From NCBI GenBank assembly GCA_015066515.1, contig SVOH01000003.1:8535-72534 (forward strand): a stretch of 64,000 nucleotides of DNA, given 5' to 3'. Below are positions 30,207 to 39,180 of this stretch, one piece after another. The DNA is from Oscillospiraceae bacterium. GTDB lineage: Bacteria; Bacillota; Clostridia; Oscillospirales; Acutalibacteraceae. The notes beneath the pieces are model-generated. The model had not been told where the DNA came from. It saw nothing but the letters and a program-made list of their open reading frames with translations, and did not search any database. Numbering within the stretch: position 1 is the first letter of the stretch; each line of letters starts with the position of its first letter. Made by a program: the position numbers and the translations under genes.

Positions 30207-30950
30207 ATGAACATCACTTTTAATCCAAGAGGGAAAAAACAATGGACGATTACCGATACCGAAATTATCTGTGGCAAAAAGGAAATACTACTTCCAACTA
30301 TTTGTAGAATTATTCATACCCTACCTACAAAATTTCCCGGTGCACAAGGTTCAATATTTATAAATTATAAAAAAGATAGTGAAGAGTATTATTTAAATAA
30401 TTCAATAGAACTAAAATATGACAAAAAAGATATTGAAAACGCAAAAATAGGAGCAGAATATTTATTAAAACTTTTTGATAACGACAATTATAATATAATT
30501 GTCGACGAAAAAAAGGGTAAAACTTATACAACTAAAAAACGAGAACCTGTAAAAGAACCAATACAATTTTATAAAAAATGTAACACTTGTGGTCATATTT
30601 ACTGTTATACCCAAGCCGATTTAAACAAAAACAAGCAACTTTCAAGACAAGCTGCGGCAAACAGTTTTGCTTCTGCATTTGGTCCTGCTATTATGAGTGC
30701 AACATATAATCAGACTGCTGCTGACAACAAAAGCAGAATTATTGATTATGATAAATGTCCAAATTGCAATTCATTAGATGTTGTTTCCATAACCGAAGAA
30801 GAAGTTAGAAACATTTCTAAAAATCAAGATACCCAACAATCAAATATATCACAAGCAGATGAATTAAAGAAATTCAAAGATTTACTTGATAGCGGTGTTA
30901 TTACCCAAGAAGAATTTGATGCAAAGAAAAAGCAGTTATTAGGTTTATAA
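30207..30950 (+). CDS. hypothetical protein with a split zinc ribbon and a C-terminal SHOCT domain
   Basis: ATG at 30207 with AAGGGGG RBS. CNTCGH...CPNCNS are two CxxC pairs about 55 aa apart. The C-terminus LKKFKDLLDSGVITQEEFDAKKKQLLGL matches the SHOCT pattern. Confidence 0.7.
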   Translation: MNITFNPRGKKQWTITDTEIICGKKEILLPTICRIIHTLPTKFPGAQGSIFINYKKDSEEYYLNNSIELKYDKKDIENAKIGAEYLLKLFDNDNYNIIVDEKKGKTYTTKKREPVKEPIQFYKKCNTCGHIYCYTQADLNKNKQLSRQAAANSFASAFGPAIMSATYNQTAADNKSRIIDYDKCPNCNSLDVVSITEEEVRNISKNQDTQQSNISQADELKKFKDLLDSGVITQEEFDAKKKQLLGL

Positions 30951-30963
30951 TACATAAAAATTT

Positions 30964-30992
30964 GAGAGTGGTATATACCACTCTCTTTTCTT
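30964..30992 (+). terminator. intrinsic terminator
   Basis: Perfect 22-bp palindrome GAGAGTGGTATATACCACTCTC followed by a T-run. Confidence 0.8.
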
Positions 30993-31034
30993 GTATTAGA
31001 TAATAATTTATGATATAATGTTCTCGGTGATAAT

Positions 31035-31541
31035 ATGAATTTACCCAAACGCAAGCCGACACGGCTCGTCGATTACGATTACAGTAGCGAGGGTGCATAT
31101 TTTATAACAATATGTACGCATAATCGCAAAAATTTATTTTCAAATATCGTAGGGGCGATTCACGAATCGCCCGAAAACAAATTGAATTCAAATGGCAAAA
31201 TCGTAGATTATTATATAAACAAATTAAATGATAGATTTGAATTAAAAGTTGACAAATATATTATAATGCCAAATCATATTCATTTGATTGTCGTCATCGA
31301 GAAAAACGAACGGTCGATTCGTGAATCGACCCTACAAAAACGCGCGTTAATTTCAAAAGCAATGGGATATTTAAAGATGAATGTATCACGTGATATTCAT
31401 AAAAACGGATATAGCAAAAACATTTGGCAACGCTCATTTCACGACCATATTATTCGTGACGAAAAGGATTATTTAAAAATTTGGAATTATATTGACACAA
31501 ATCCTCAAAAATGGAGTGACGATTGTTTTTACACAGAATAA
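31035..31541 (+). CDS. REP-associated tyrosine transposase (RAYT) / IS200-like Y1 HUH transposase family protein
   Basis: HUH motif IMPNHIHLIVVI. C-terminal block WQRSFHDHIIRDEKDYLKIWNYIDTNPQKW is typical of COG1943 proteins. 168 aa. Confidence 0.8.
   Translation: MNLPKRKPTRLVDYDYSSEGAYFITICTHNRKNLFSNIVGAIHESPENKLNSNGKIVDYYINKLNDRFELKVDKYIIMPNHIHLIVVIEKNERSIRESTLQKRALISKAMGYLKMNVSRDIHKNGYSKNIWQRSFHDHIIRDEKDYLKIWNYIDTNPQKWSDDCFYTE
31149..31173. repeat. 25-bp hairpin element, copy A, inside the RAYT CDS (encodes VGAIHESP)
   Basis: GTAGGGGCGATTCACGAATCGCCCG; a 9-bp stem. Confidence 0.8.
31311..31335. repeat. 25-bp hairpin element, copy B, inverted relative to copy A (encodes RSIRESTL)
   Basis: The reverse complement GTAGGGTCGATTCACGAATCGACCG matches copy A at 23 of 25 positions. 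The two differences (G>T and C>A) are the two halves of one base pair. Confidence 0.8.
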
Positions 31542-31570
31542 AAGACCTTCGGTAATGCGAAGGCCTTTTG
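31541..31570. terminator. bidirectional terminator between the RAYT gene and the convergent AraC gene
   Basis: Stem AAAGACCTTCG-GTAATG-CGAAGGCCTTTT. Confidence 0.7.
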
Positions 31571-32443
31571 CTATTTTCTATATTCCGACGGGCTTACGCC
31601 ACAGTGGCGCTTAAATGCGCGTGTAAAGCAGGATATTGATTCAAAACCTACAGCGTCGGATATTTCGGTTATACTTTTATTTGTATTGCTTAGCAGATAT
31701 TGCGAGCGATTTATTCGTGCGCTTGATATAAACTGTTGCGGTGACATATCGGTAAATTCGTAAAAATACCTTCGCAGTGTGGCAGTGCTTATAAAGCATT
31801 TGCTAGCCAAAACATCGAGTGTTAATTCTCCTGAGTTGCTAAGGTTTTCGGATATATGTGTAAGTGCCGGCAACATTTTATCGAAACTGCGTCGACGTGT
31901 GACAATGTTATTTTTTAAATCACATTCAATTCGCGACAATTCAAGAATCAGCTGTTGCACAAGCAAAAGAGCATAAAGCTGTGAAAGACCTTTGCCGTTT
32001 TGTGTTTCGTCAATACACTTGCTTATGATTGCGGAAAGTTCTGGGTATTCTTGCGGAGAAAAAACACCGCTAAAGTTTACCTTCTTTTCAATTATTTTTG
32101 CAATGCGGTTGCCTATATCGTCGTTAGATGTTAGTTTATATGGGTCATAAGAAAACCAAATCCATCTGCCACGGTTATCATAGTCGCCATTCGCAAGGTG
32201 CGGTTGATAGGGTAAAACGATTTGTATATCACCTTTATTATATCTATAGAGGCGGTTGTCGATTATGCAGTTGCCACTACCTGCAGTACACACACCTATT
32301 TCAAGACACTTATGAAAATGGAGTGAGGTTATCTCGTTGGTAGAAAGCGGTGTCTGGCCGTTATAGCAAACAAATCGCTCGGTGTTACCTATGTATACGG
32401 GACTGTAAAATGCAGGTAATTGTGAAATTAAGTTGTATTGCAT
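31571..32443 (-). CDS. AraC-family transcriptional regulator (N-terminal cupin, C-terminal HTH)
   Basis: C-terminal AraC HTH (TLDVLASKCFISTATLRRYF...ITEISDAVGFESISCFTRAFKRHCGVSPSEYRK). The start at 32443 (MQYNL) follows GGTGA. The longer ORF would overlap the divergent gene. Confidence 0.85.
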   Translation of the reverse strand: MQYNLISQLPAFYSPVYIGNTERFVCYNGQTPLSTNEITSLHFHKCLEIGVCTAGSGNCIIDNRLYRYNKGDIQIVLPYQPHLANGDYDNRGRWIWFSYDPYKLTSNDDIGNRIAKIIEKKVNFSGVFSPQEYPELSAIISKCIDETQNGKGLSQLYALLLVQQLILELSRIECDLKNNIVTRRRSFDKMLPALTHISENLSNSGELTLDVLASKCFISTATLRRYFYEFTDMSPQQFISSARINRSQYLLSNTNKSITEISDAVGFESISCFTRAFKRHCGVSPSEYRK

Positions 32444-32563
32444 TTGTATCACCACTTTGCGCATTTGATTGATTGGGTTAAATTTATGATAGATAACGAC
32501 TTGCAAATTTATGCTGTTATTAGTATATTAAAAATAGCAATAAATTACAAGGAGAAATTTGCT

Positions 32564-34009
32564 ATGAATATGAATTTTAATCGTGCAGAACTTCGCGACA
32601 AGATCCACGGCTGTTGGATAGGTAAAAATATCGGTGGCACAATGGGTGGACCTTTTGAGGGTAAAAGGGAACTTTTAGATATTCCGGGCTTTACCACACC
32701 AAAGGGTGAGCCGCTACCTAATGATGACCTTGATTTGCAGCTTGTATGGCTTAGATACCTTGAAGAAAACGGTCCTTTTAATATGACCGCTTTAGATCTT
32801 GGCGAGTATTGGATAAGCTTTATAGTACCTCACTGGGCAGAATACGGTATCGGTAAATCTAATATGAGATACGGCATACAGCCACCTCTTTGTGGTGCTA
32901 TAAACAATGATTATTGGAGAAATTCAAACGGTGCTTGGATTCGTACTGAAATCTGGGCTTGTTTAAATCCCGGAAATCCTGATGCCGCTATTAAATATGC
33001 GTTTAAAGATGCGTGTATTGACCACGGTATAGGCGAGGGTACATATGCCGCTGTGTTTGTAGCTGCACTCGAAAGTGCTGCTTTTGTTGAAAGCAATATA
33101 AGAAAGCTTATTGATATTGGTCTTACAAAAATCCCCGAAGACTGTCGTATGGCAAAGGCTATAAAGCTATTGCTTGATAACTATGATAACGGTGTTGATT
33201 GGGTAACCACAAGAAATGATTTGGTTAAGCAGTCAGAGGATATTGGCTGGTTCCAGGCTCCCGCTAACGTTGCATTTGCTATTTTAGGTATACTTTATGG
33301 CGAGGGAGATTTCAAAAAATCAATGATTACAGCCATTAACTGTGGTGACGACACCGACTGTACCGCTGCAACTGTTGGTTCTATTCTTGGTATTATAAAC
33401 GGCAAGGACGGTATTCCTGAGGATTGGCAAGAATACATTGGTGATAAAATTGTTACTATATCCATAAATATGGGCTGTGATCCAAGATATCCACTTACAA
33501 TAACCGACCTTACCGACCGAGTTTTGAAGCTTGTACCGGTTACTGCATCTACCATCCGTAACTATAGCGTTACCGTAACCGACGAGCCTACCGACACCGA
33601 AACACCGCCACTTTATGGAACTCTTGAAGGAAAGCATCTTTTTGAGAGAAGTGAGTATTCTTTTGACGCCGACTTAGGTTATGGTAATGCTGTTATTTCT
33701 TACGACAGATGTCCACGCATTAAGCCGGGTGAGAGCCTTGGTGTAAATATTAGAATTGTCGGTCGTTTCTGGGGTATTCCGGAAAATCTATCAATCAGAT
33801 TTATAACTCCCGATGGTTTTAGGGTTGATGGCCCAAGGTCTTTCCATATGGAACAGGGTAGTCAAAGGAACGACTACTATCCTACCGCTAATAACGATTA
33901 CGTTATAACAGCAGGCGAAAACGTTGAGGCGCAAAACCGCATTATAGTCGAGGTTGTATGTCAGGGTCGTCCTTCTGTGGGACTTTTTGAAATGATTGTA
34001 CTTGGATAA
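32564..34009 (+). CDS. ADP-ribosylglycohydrolase-family protein with a ~150-aa C-terminal extension
   Basis: ATG at 32564 after AAGGAG. ARH-like blocks IHGCWIGKNIGGTMGGPFEG, DDLDLQ and CGDDTDCTAATVGSILG. Confidence 0.7.
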   Translation: MNMNFNRAELRDKIHGCWIGKNIGGTMGGPFEGKRELLDIPGFTTPKGEPLPNDDLDLQLVWLRYLEENGPFNMTALDLGEYWISFIVPHWAEYGIGKSNMRYGIQPPLCGAINNDYWRNSNGAWIRTEIWACLNPGNPDAAIKYAFKDACIDHGIGEGTYAAVFVAALESAAFVESNIRKLIDIGLTKIPEDCRMAKAIKLLLDNYDNGVDWVTTRNDLVKQSEDIGWFQAPANVAFAILGILYGEGDFKKSMITAINCGDDTDCTAATVGSILGIINGKDGIPEDWQEYIGDKIVTISINMGCDPRYPLTITDLTDRVLKLVPVTASTIRNYSVTVTDEPTDTETPPLYGTLEGKHLFERSEYSFDADLGYGNAVISYDRCPRIKPGESLGVNIRIVGRFWGIPENLSIRFITPDGFRVDGPRSFHMEQGSQRNDYYPTANNDYVITAGENVEAQNRIIVEVVCQGRPSVGLFEMIVLG

Positions 34010-34103
34010 TATGTGAAAATATGGAAAATACCGATTGACATTTCAATCGGTATTTTTTATAATATAACGTGAATGTATAATTATTCATTTTGGGGGCAAT
34101 GGA

Positions 34104-35774
34104 ATGAAATTTGAATCAAGAATAGTGTCTTCGCTTGAAAAATGCTTTTTAACATCTGACATTACAAAATTTACCGAGATAAAACAAGAGAATATTTTTA
34201 AGAACCAAAAGTATTCTTTTCAGTTGGCAGCGCGTTTTGAAGACGATTGGCAAATAGCTTTAAAACCTGTTGTAGAAGGCGATTTAGCACCTTATGTTAC
34301 AATTCGTGAAATTGTGAATATTCCTGCAGAAATACCTACATATACAAACTGTACTCCAATGCCGAAGGTGCACGAGCCGGGTCTTTATCCCGACTTGTTA
34401 CGTCCGCTTAAATATCGTGGAACATTTCGTTTGTTCCCTATGCAAAGTCGTGCACTTTGGTTTGATATTGACCCCAAAGGCGAAATTACGGGTGAACATG
34501 TATTAAAGATTAAATTGTTACGTGTTGGCATTACAAGCAAGGGATTTACACCCACGGAAGATGTAGTTGCCGAGCACGAGCTTAAAATCGATATTAAGGA
34601 CATAGAAATTCCGGAGCAAACACTTAAATTTACACAGTGGTTTTATGCCGACTGTCTTGCAGACTACTATAATGTAGAGGTATTTAGTGACCGCCATTTT
34701 GAAATTTGCGAAAACTTTGCTAAAACTGCTGTTGAAAACGGTAGAAATATGCTTATGGTACCGATTCTTACCTATGCGCTTGATACCTACGGTGGTGGAG
34801 AAAGAACTACCACACAGCTTATTGACGTTTATAAAGACGGAGACAACTACACATTTGGTTATGAAAATCTTGACCGTTGGCTTGATATGTATAAGCGTAT
34901 CGGTGTTAAATACTATGAAATTTCACCCGTATTTTCACAGTGGGGTGCTGACAGCACACCTAAAGTTGTAGCAACTGTAAACGGTGAAAAGAAGGCAATT
35001 TTTGGTTGGGGCACAAATCCGCTGTCAGAAGAATATAATACCTTTATTCGTGCCTTCTTAAGTGGATTCATTGCTCACATGAAAGAGCGTGGCGAAGATA
35101 AAAAGTGTTGGTTTCATGTTTCTGACGAGCCAATTGCCGAACACTTTGAACAGTACAAAAAGGTTAGAGATTCAATATATGACTTAGTAGAGGATTATGA
35201 AACACTTGATGCTATATCACATTATGAATTTTGTAAATTAGGCCTTAGTAAACATCCTGTACCAAAGACGATGGTTGTTCACGAGTTTATTGAAAACGGC
35301 GTGAAAGACCTATGGACATACTATTGCGGTGGTCAGTGTACCAATGTTAGTAACTGTCACTTCGCTATGGAGCTTGCTCGTGTGCGTTGTCTTGGTGTTC
35401 AGATGTTCAAATATGATATACAGGGCTTTTTGCATTGGGGCTATAACTTCTATAATAACCAATGGTCATACGATAAACTTGACCCGTTTGCAACTTCTGA
35501 TGCCGAAAGCTTTGTTGCGAGCGGTGACGCTTATATGGTATATCCGGCACCGGACGGTACCGCTTGGGAGTCAACACGCATCCGTGCTCTTTATGAAGGT
35601 ATGGAGGATATGCGAGTAATGCAGCTTGCCGAGACACTTTGTGGTAAAGAAGCTGTGGTTAAGGCTGTTGAAGATATTGTTGGTGAGGTACGCTTTGACA
35701 AGTGTATACTTGAAGCCGATACTATGCTTGCAGTACGCAGAGCAGTTGACCAGATGATATTTGATAAAATCTAA
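34104..35774 (+). CDS. DUF4091-like putative glycoside hydrolase
   Basis: The N-terminus VSSLEKCFL and the overall size resemble DUF4091/GH123-like proteins. The assignment is from memory only. Confidence 0.5.
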   Translation: MKFESRIVSSLEKCFLTSDITKFTEIKQENIFKNQKYSFQLAARFEDDWQIALKPVVEGDLAPYVTIREIVNIPAEIPTYTNCTPMPKVHEPGLYPDLLRPLKYRGTFRLFPMQSRALWFDIDPKGEITGEHVLKIKLLRVGITSKGFTPTEDVVAEHELKIDIKDIEIPEQTLKFTQWFYADCLADYYNVEVFSDRHFEICENFAKTAVENGRNMLMVPILTYALDTYGGGERTTTQLIDVYKDGDNYTFGYENLDRWLDMYKRIGVKYYEISPVFSQWGADSTPKVVATVNGEKKAIFGWGTNPLSEEYNTFIRAFLSGFIAHMKERGEDKKCWFHVSDEPIAEHFEQYKKVRDSIYDLVEDYETLDAISHYEFCKLGLSKHPVPKTMVVHEFIENGVKDLWTYYCGGQCTNVSNCHFAMELARVRCLGVQMFKYDIQGFLHWGYNFYNNQWSYDKLDPFATSDAESFVASGDAYMVYPAPDGTAWESTRIRALYEGMEDMRVMQLAETLCGKEAVVKAVEDIVGEVRFDKCILEADTMLAVRRAVDQMIFDKI

Positions 35775-35815
35775 GTTAACACATATCGGTTAATAACAAA
35801 TTTAAAATTGAAAAA

Positions 35816-35850
35816 CAAAAAGCACTTACTGTTAAAAGTAAGTGCTTTTT
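35816..35850. terminator. bidirectional terminator
   Basis: Stem AAAAAGCACTTACT-GTTAAA-AGTAAGTGCTTTTT. Confidence 0.8.
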
Positions 35851-35861
35851 ATTGTTATTGT

Positions 35862-36998
35862 TTAAGAATTTTTTTCTGCCTCGTATTTAGCAACAGCAGC
35901 TTTTATTTTGTCAGCAGGATTAAGAAGCTTGCTGATTGAATTGTCGTTGTTAAGTGTTTCTACAATAAGTGCAATGTACTTTGACATATTTACACTGCAG
36001 TACCATTCGCGAGAGAGAAGCTCGGGTGTTTGGTAAATAAGGTTTGTAGTAAATACCTTGTCAATAAGACCGTTTTGATAATAGTCGTCAAATTTTTCAA
36101 GTCCATCAACAAAAAGACCAAAAGTAGAGAATACAAATATTCTACCTGCACCACGTTCTTTGAGTTTTGCGGCTATGTCCAGCATTGATTCGCCGCTTGA
36201 TATCATATCGTCTACAAGGATAAGGTCTTTACCTACTATGTCATTGCCGAGGAATTCGTGTGCTTCGATTGGATTCTTGCCGTTTACGATTATTGAGTAG
36301 TTACGACGTTTATAGAACATACCAAGGTCGAGACCTAAAACAGAGGAGTAGTAGATGCATCGGCCCATACCACCTTCGTCAGGGGATACGATCATAGTAT
36401 GATCTCGGTCTAACTTAACATCAGGAACACTGCGGAGAAGTGCTTTGATCATCTGATAAGCGGCTTGTACGTTGTCGAAACCATCAAGCGGAATTGCGTT
36501 GTTAACACGGGGATCATGTGCGTCGAAGGTGATTATGTTTTTAACACCCATTGAAACGAGCTCTTGTAAAGCCATTGCACAGTCCATAGATTCACGTGCA
36601 GTTCGGCGGTGCTGTCTGCCTTCATAAAGCATAGGCATAATAACGGTGATGCGTCGTGCTTTACCGCCAAATGCGGCAATAACGCGCTTTAAATCTTGGA
36701 AGTGATCATCGGGACTCATAGGAACTGTTTGACCGTACATTTTGTAGGTCACATTGTAGTTGAAGCAGTCACAAATTATGAATGCATCAAGACCACGTGC
36801 AGAGTGGTTGAGAACTGCCTTTGCTTCGCCTGTGCCAAAACGTGGACAGTTGGCATCGATTACAAAGGATTGGTCCTCATCGATGTTACGCCATTGCTTG
36901 AGGTAGAAGTCTACCTGAGAAGAAATGTCTTCACAGCCACGCATACTGATAAGTGCAAGGTCGCCATAGGGTGTGTGTTTGAAATTAATACTGGACAT
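35862..36998 (-). CDS. prs: ribose-phosphate pyrophosphokinase family protein (long 378-aa form)
   Basis: PRPP-binding loop LILVDDMISSGESM and FDAHDPRV. RBS is GGAGGG. Confidence 0.7.
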   Translation of the reverse strand: MSSINFKHTPYGDLALISMRGCEDISSQVDFYLKQWRNIDEDQSFVIDANCPRFGTGEAKAVLNHSARGLDAFIICDCFNYNVTYKMYGQTVPMSPDDHFQDLKRVIAAFGGKARRITVIMPMLYEGRQHRRTARESMDCAMALQELVSMGVKNIITFDAHDPRVNNAIPLDGFDNVQAAYQMIKALLRSVPDVKLDRDHTMIVSPDEGGMGRCIYYSSVLGLDLGMFYKRRNYSIIVNGKNPIEAHEFLGNDIVGKDLILVDDMISSGESMLDIAAKLKERGAGRIFVFSTFGLFVDGLEKFDDYYQNGLIDKVFTTNLIYQTPELLSREWYCSVNMSKYIALIVETLNNDNSISKLLNPADKIKAAVAKYEAEKNS

Positions 36999-37125
36999 AT
37001 GAAATCCCTCCGCAAGATATTAAATTTTTGATAAACACATTGTATCATATTTTGTGTTACAAAAAAAGACCTTTTTTAAAAAATTTTTACATTTTTTTAT
37101 TTTATATTAATGTTATAAAATTTGA

Positions 37126-37154
37126 TTGATATTATTTGTGCTATATGGTATAAT
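37126..37154 (+). promoter_or_regulatory. extended -10 promoter of the thyX operon
   Basis: TTGATA (37126-37131), 17-nt spacer, TGgTATAAT (37146-37154). Confidence 0.55.
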
Positions 37155-37197
37155 ATGTAGGATTATAAAGTAAATTATTGTCAGGAGTTGTAAGTCT

Positions 37198-37962
37198 ATG
37201 CCAACCGTAACATTACTTGCCCATACACCTAATCCGGAAAAAACAATTGCCTCTGCGGCAAAGTTGTGCTATAGTTCGTCTACTATAGGGGAGTTATATG
37301 ATGGACTTACCGATGAAAAGGCGGCAGATTTTGTCGAGATGTTATCTGAAATAGGTCACGAAAGCCCTATAGAGCATGCTTCGTTTACGTTTGGTATAGA
37401 GGGTGTCTCACGTGCCTTTTTGGCGCAAATAACCCGTCATAGACTTGCATCTTATTCGGTTAAGAGTCAACGCTATGTAAAGGAAGGCGAGTTTGAATTT
37501 GTAATTCCACCTGAAATAGAGGCTGACCCAATAGCACTTGATGCTTATAAAGAATCAATGAGACTAGCACAAGAAGCTTACGACAAAATTGCTGAAATAC
37601 TTACCGAAAAGCACAAGGCTAAATTTATAGCTGAGGGCAAAGACGAAAAAACCGCCGCAAGACTTGCGTCTAAAAAGGCTATTGAGGATGCTAGATTTGT
37701 ACTTCCTAATGCTTGCGAAACAAAAATGGTGGTAACAATGAACGCTCGTTCGTTACATAACTTTTTCCGTCATCGTTGTTGCAACCGCGCTCAGTGGGAG
37801 ATACAGGAGGTTGCCAATCAAATGCTTAAGCTTGTAAAAGAGGTAGCACCCGAATTGTTTAAAAAAGCAGGTCCACCTTGCCTTAACGGTCATTGCCCTG
37901 AGGGAAAAATGAGCTGCGGTAAGGCAGGAGAAATAAAGAAGTTTTATGAGGAAATGAAGTAA
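37198..37962 (+). CDS. thyX: FAD-dependent thymidylate synthase
   Basis: ThyX signature [16 protein letters not shown] (RHRxxSxxxxSQR). Confidence 0.95.
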   Translation: MPTVTLLAHTPNPEKTIASAAKLCYSSSTIGELYDGLTDEKAADFVEMLSEIGHESPIEHASFTFGIEGVSRAFLAQITRHRLASYSVKSQRYVKEGEFEFVIPPEIEADPIALDAYKESMRLAQEAYDKIAEILTEKHKAKFIAEGKDEKTAARLASKKAIEDARFVLPNACETKMVVTMNARSLHNFFRHRCCNRAQWEIQEVANQMLKLVKEVAPELFKKAGPPCLNGHCPEGKMSCGKAGEIKKFYEEMK

Positions 37963-38625
37963 ATGGGTAAGTTGATTGTAATTGAAGGACTTGATGGCAG
38001 CGGTAAGTCAACACAACTGGAGCTTTTGCCTCAAAATCTTAAAAAATCTGGCATTGATAGCAGAAGTGTTTCTTTTCCTGATTATGATAGCAATTCAAGC
38101 GCTCTTGTTAAAATGTATTTGGGTGGTGAATTTGGTAAAAAGCCAGGGGACGTAAACGCCTATGCAGCCTCTCTTTTTTACGCTGTGGATCGTTTTGCCT
38201 CATACAAGACCAATTGGGGTGATTATTATAACCAAAACGGTGTAATAGTATCCGGAAGATATACCACCTCAAATGCTGTGCATCAAACCTCTAAAATGGA
38301 CGAGTGTGAGTGGGAAGGTTTTTTGGATTGGTTATATGACCTTGAATACAATAAGGTTGCAATTCCAAAACCTGATAAAGTAATCTTTTTGGATATGCCA
38401 ATTGAGGTATCTCAAAAACTTCTGTCCGGTCGTTACAAAGGCGACGAAACAAAGAAGGATATTCACGAAAGTGACACAGCCTACCTTAATAAGTGTCGCA
38501 AGGCAGCGATGTTTACAGCCGAGTATTCGGGTTGGACAATTGTTCCATGCGCTAAGGATGGCGAGCCCCGCTCGATAGATGATATTGCAAACGACGTTTT
38601 AAAAGAAGCATTAAAGGTGATATAA
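37963..38625 (+). CDS. tmk: dTMP (thymidylate) kinase
   Basis: P-loop IEGLDGSGKSTQ. Directly abuts thyX. Confidence 0.85.
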   Translation: MGKLIVIEGLDGSGKSTQLELLPQNLKKSGIDSRSVSFPDYDSNSSALVKMYLGGEFGKKPGDVNAYAASLFYAVDRFASYKTNWGDYYNQNGVIVSGRYTTSNAVHQTSKMDECEWEGFLDWLYDLEYNKVAIPKPDKVIFLDMPIEVSQKLLSGRYKGDETKKDIHESDTAYLNKCRKAAMFTAEYSGWTIVPCAKDGEPRSIDDIANDVLKEALKVI

Positions 38626-39171
38626 ATGGTATATGTGTTTTTAGCAAAAGGATTTGAAGAGCTTGAAGCATTGGCTCCCGTAGATGTGCTACGCCGCGCT
38701 AATATTGAAGTTAAAACTGTAGGCGTTACAGGTAAAAGGGTTTCCGGTTCACACGGTATATCGGTAAATTGTGATATAACCATAAACGAGGCGGTATTTG
38801 ACGAACTTGAGGGTATTGTACTTCCGGGTGGACTACCGGGTACTACAAATCTGGAAAACGATGAAATTGTAAATAAGTTTATAGACTACGCATGGGACAA
38901 CGGCAAAATAATTGGCGCTATTTGTGCGGCCCCAATTATTTTGGGACATAAGGGTCTTTTACGTGGGAAAAATGCTGTGTGCTACACAGGCTTTGAAAAA
39001 GAACTTACCGGCGCCCATGTGCTTGACAGACCGGCTGTTCGTGACGGTAACATAGTTACCGGTTGGGGAGCGGGTGGCGCTATGGATTTTGCATTGGCTT
39101 TTTTGGAAGCAATAAGCGAAAATGAGGAATTAGCAAAAAAAATTGCACGTAATATGCGTTGCAGTTCATAA
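38626..39171 (+). CDS. DJ-1/PfpI family protein
   Basis: LPGG...GAICAAP nucleophile-elbow cysteine; 181 aa. Confidence 0.8.
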   Translation: MVYVFLAKGFEELEALAPVDVLRRANIEVKTVGVTGKRVSGSHGISVNCDITINEAVFDELEGIVLPGGLPGTTNLENDEIVNKFIDYAWDNGKIIGAICAAPIILGHKGLLRGKNAVCYTGFEKELTGAHVLDRPAVRDGNIVTGWGAGGAMDFALAFLEAISENEELAKKIARNMRCSS

Positions 39172-39180
39172 GAGGTAAAT

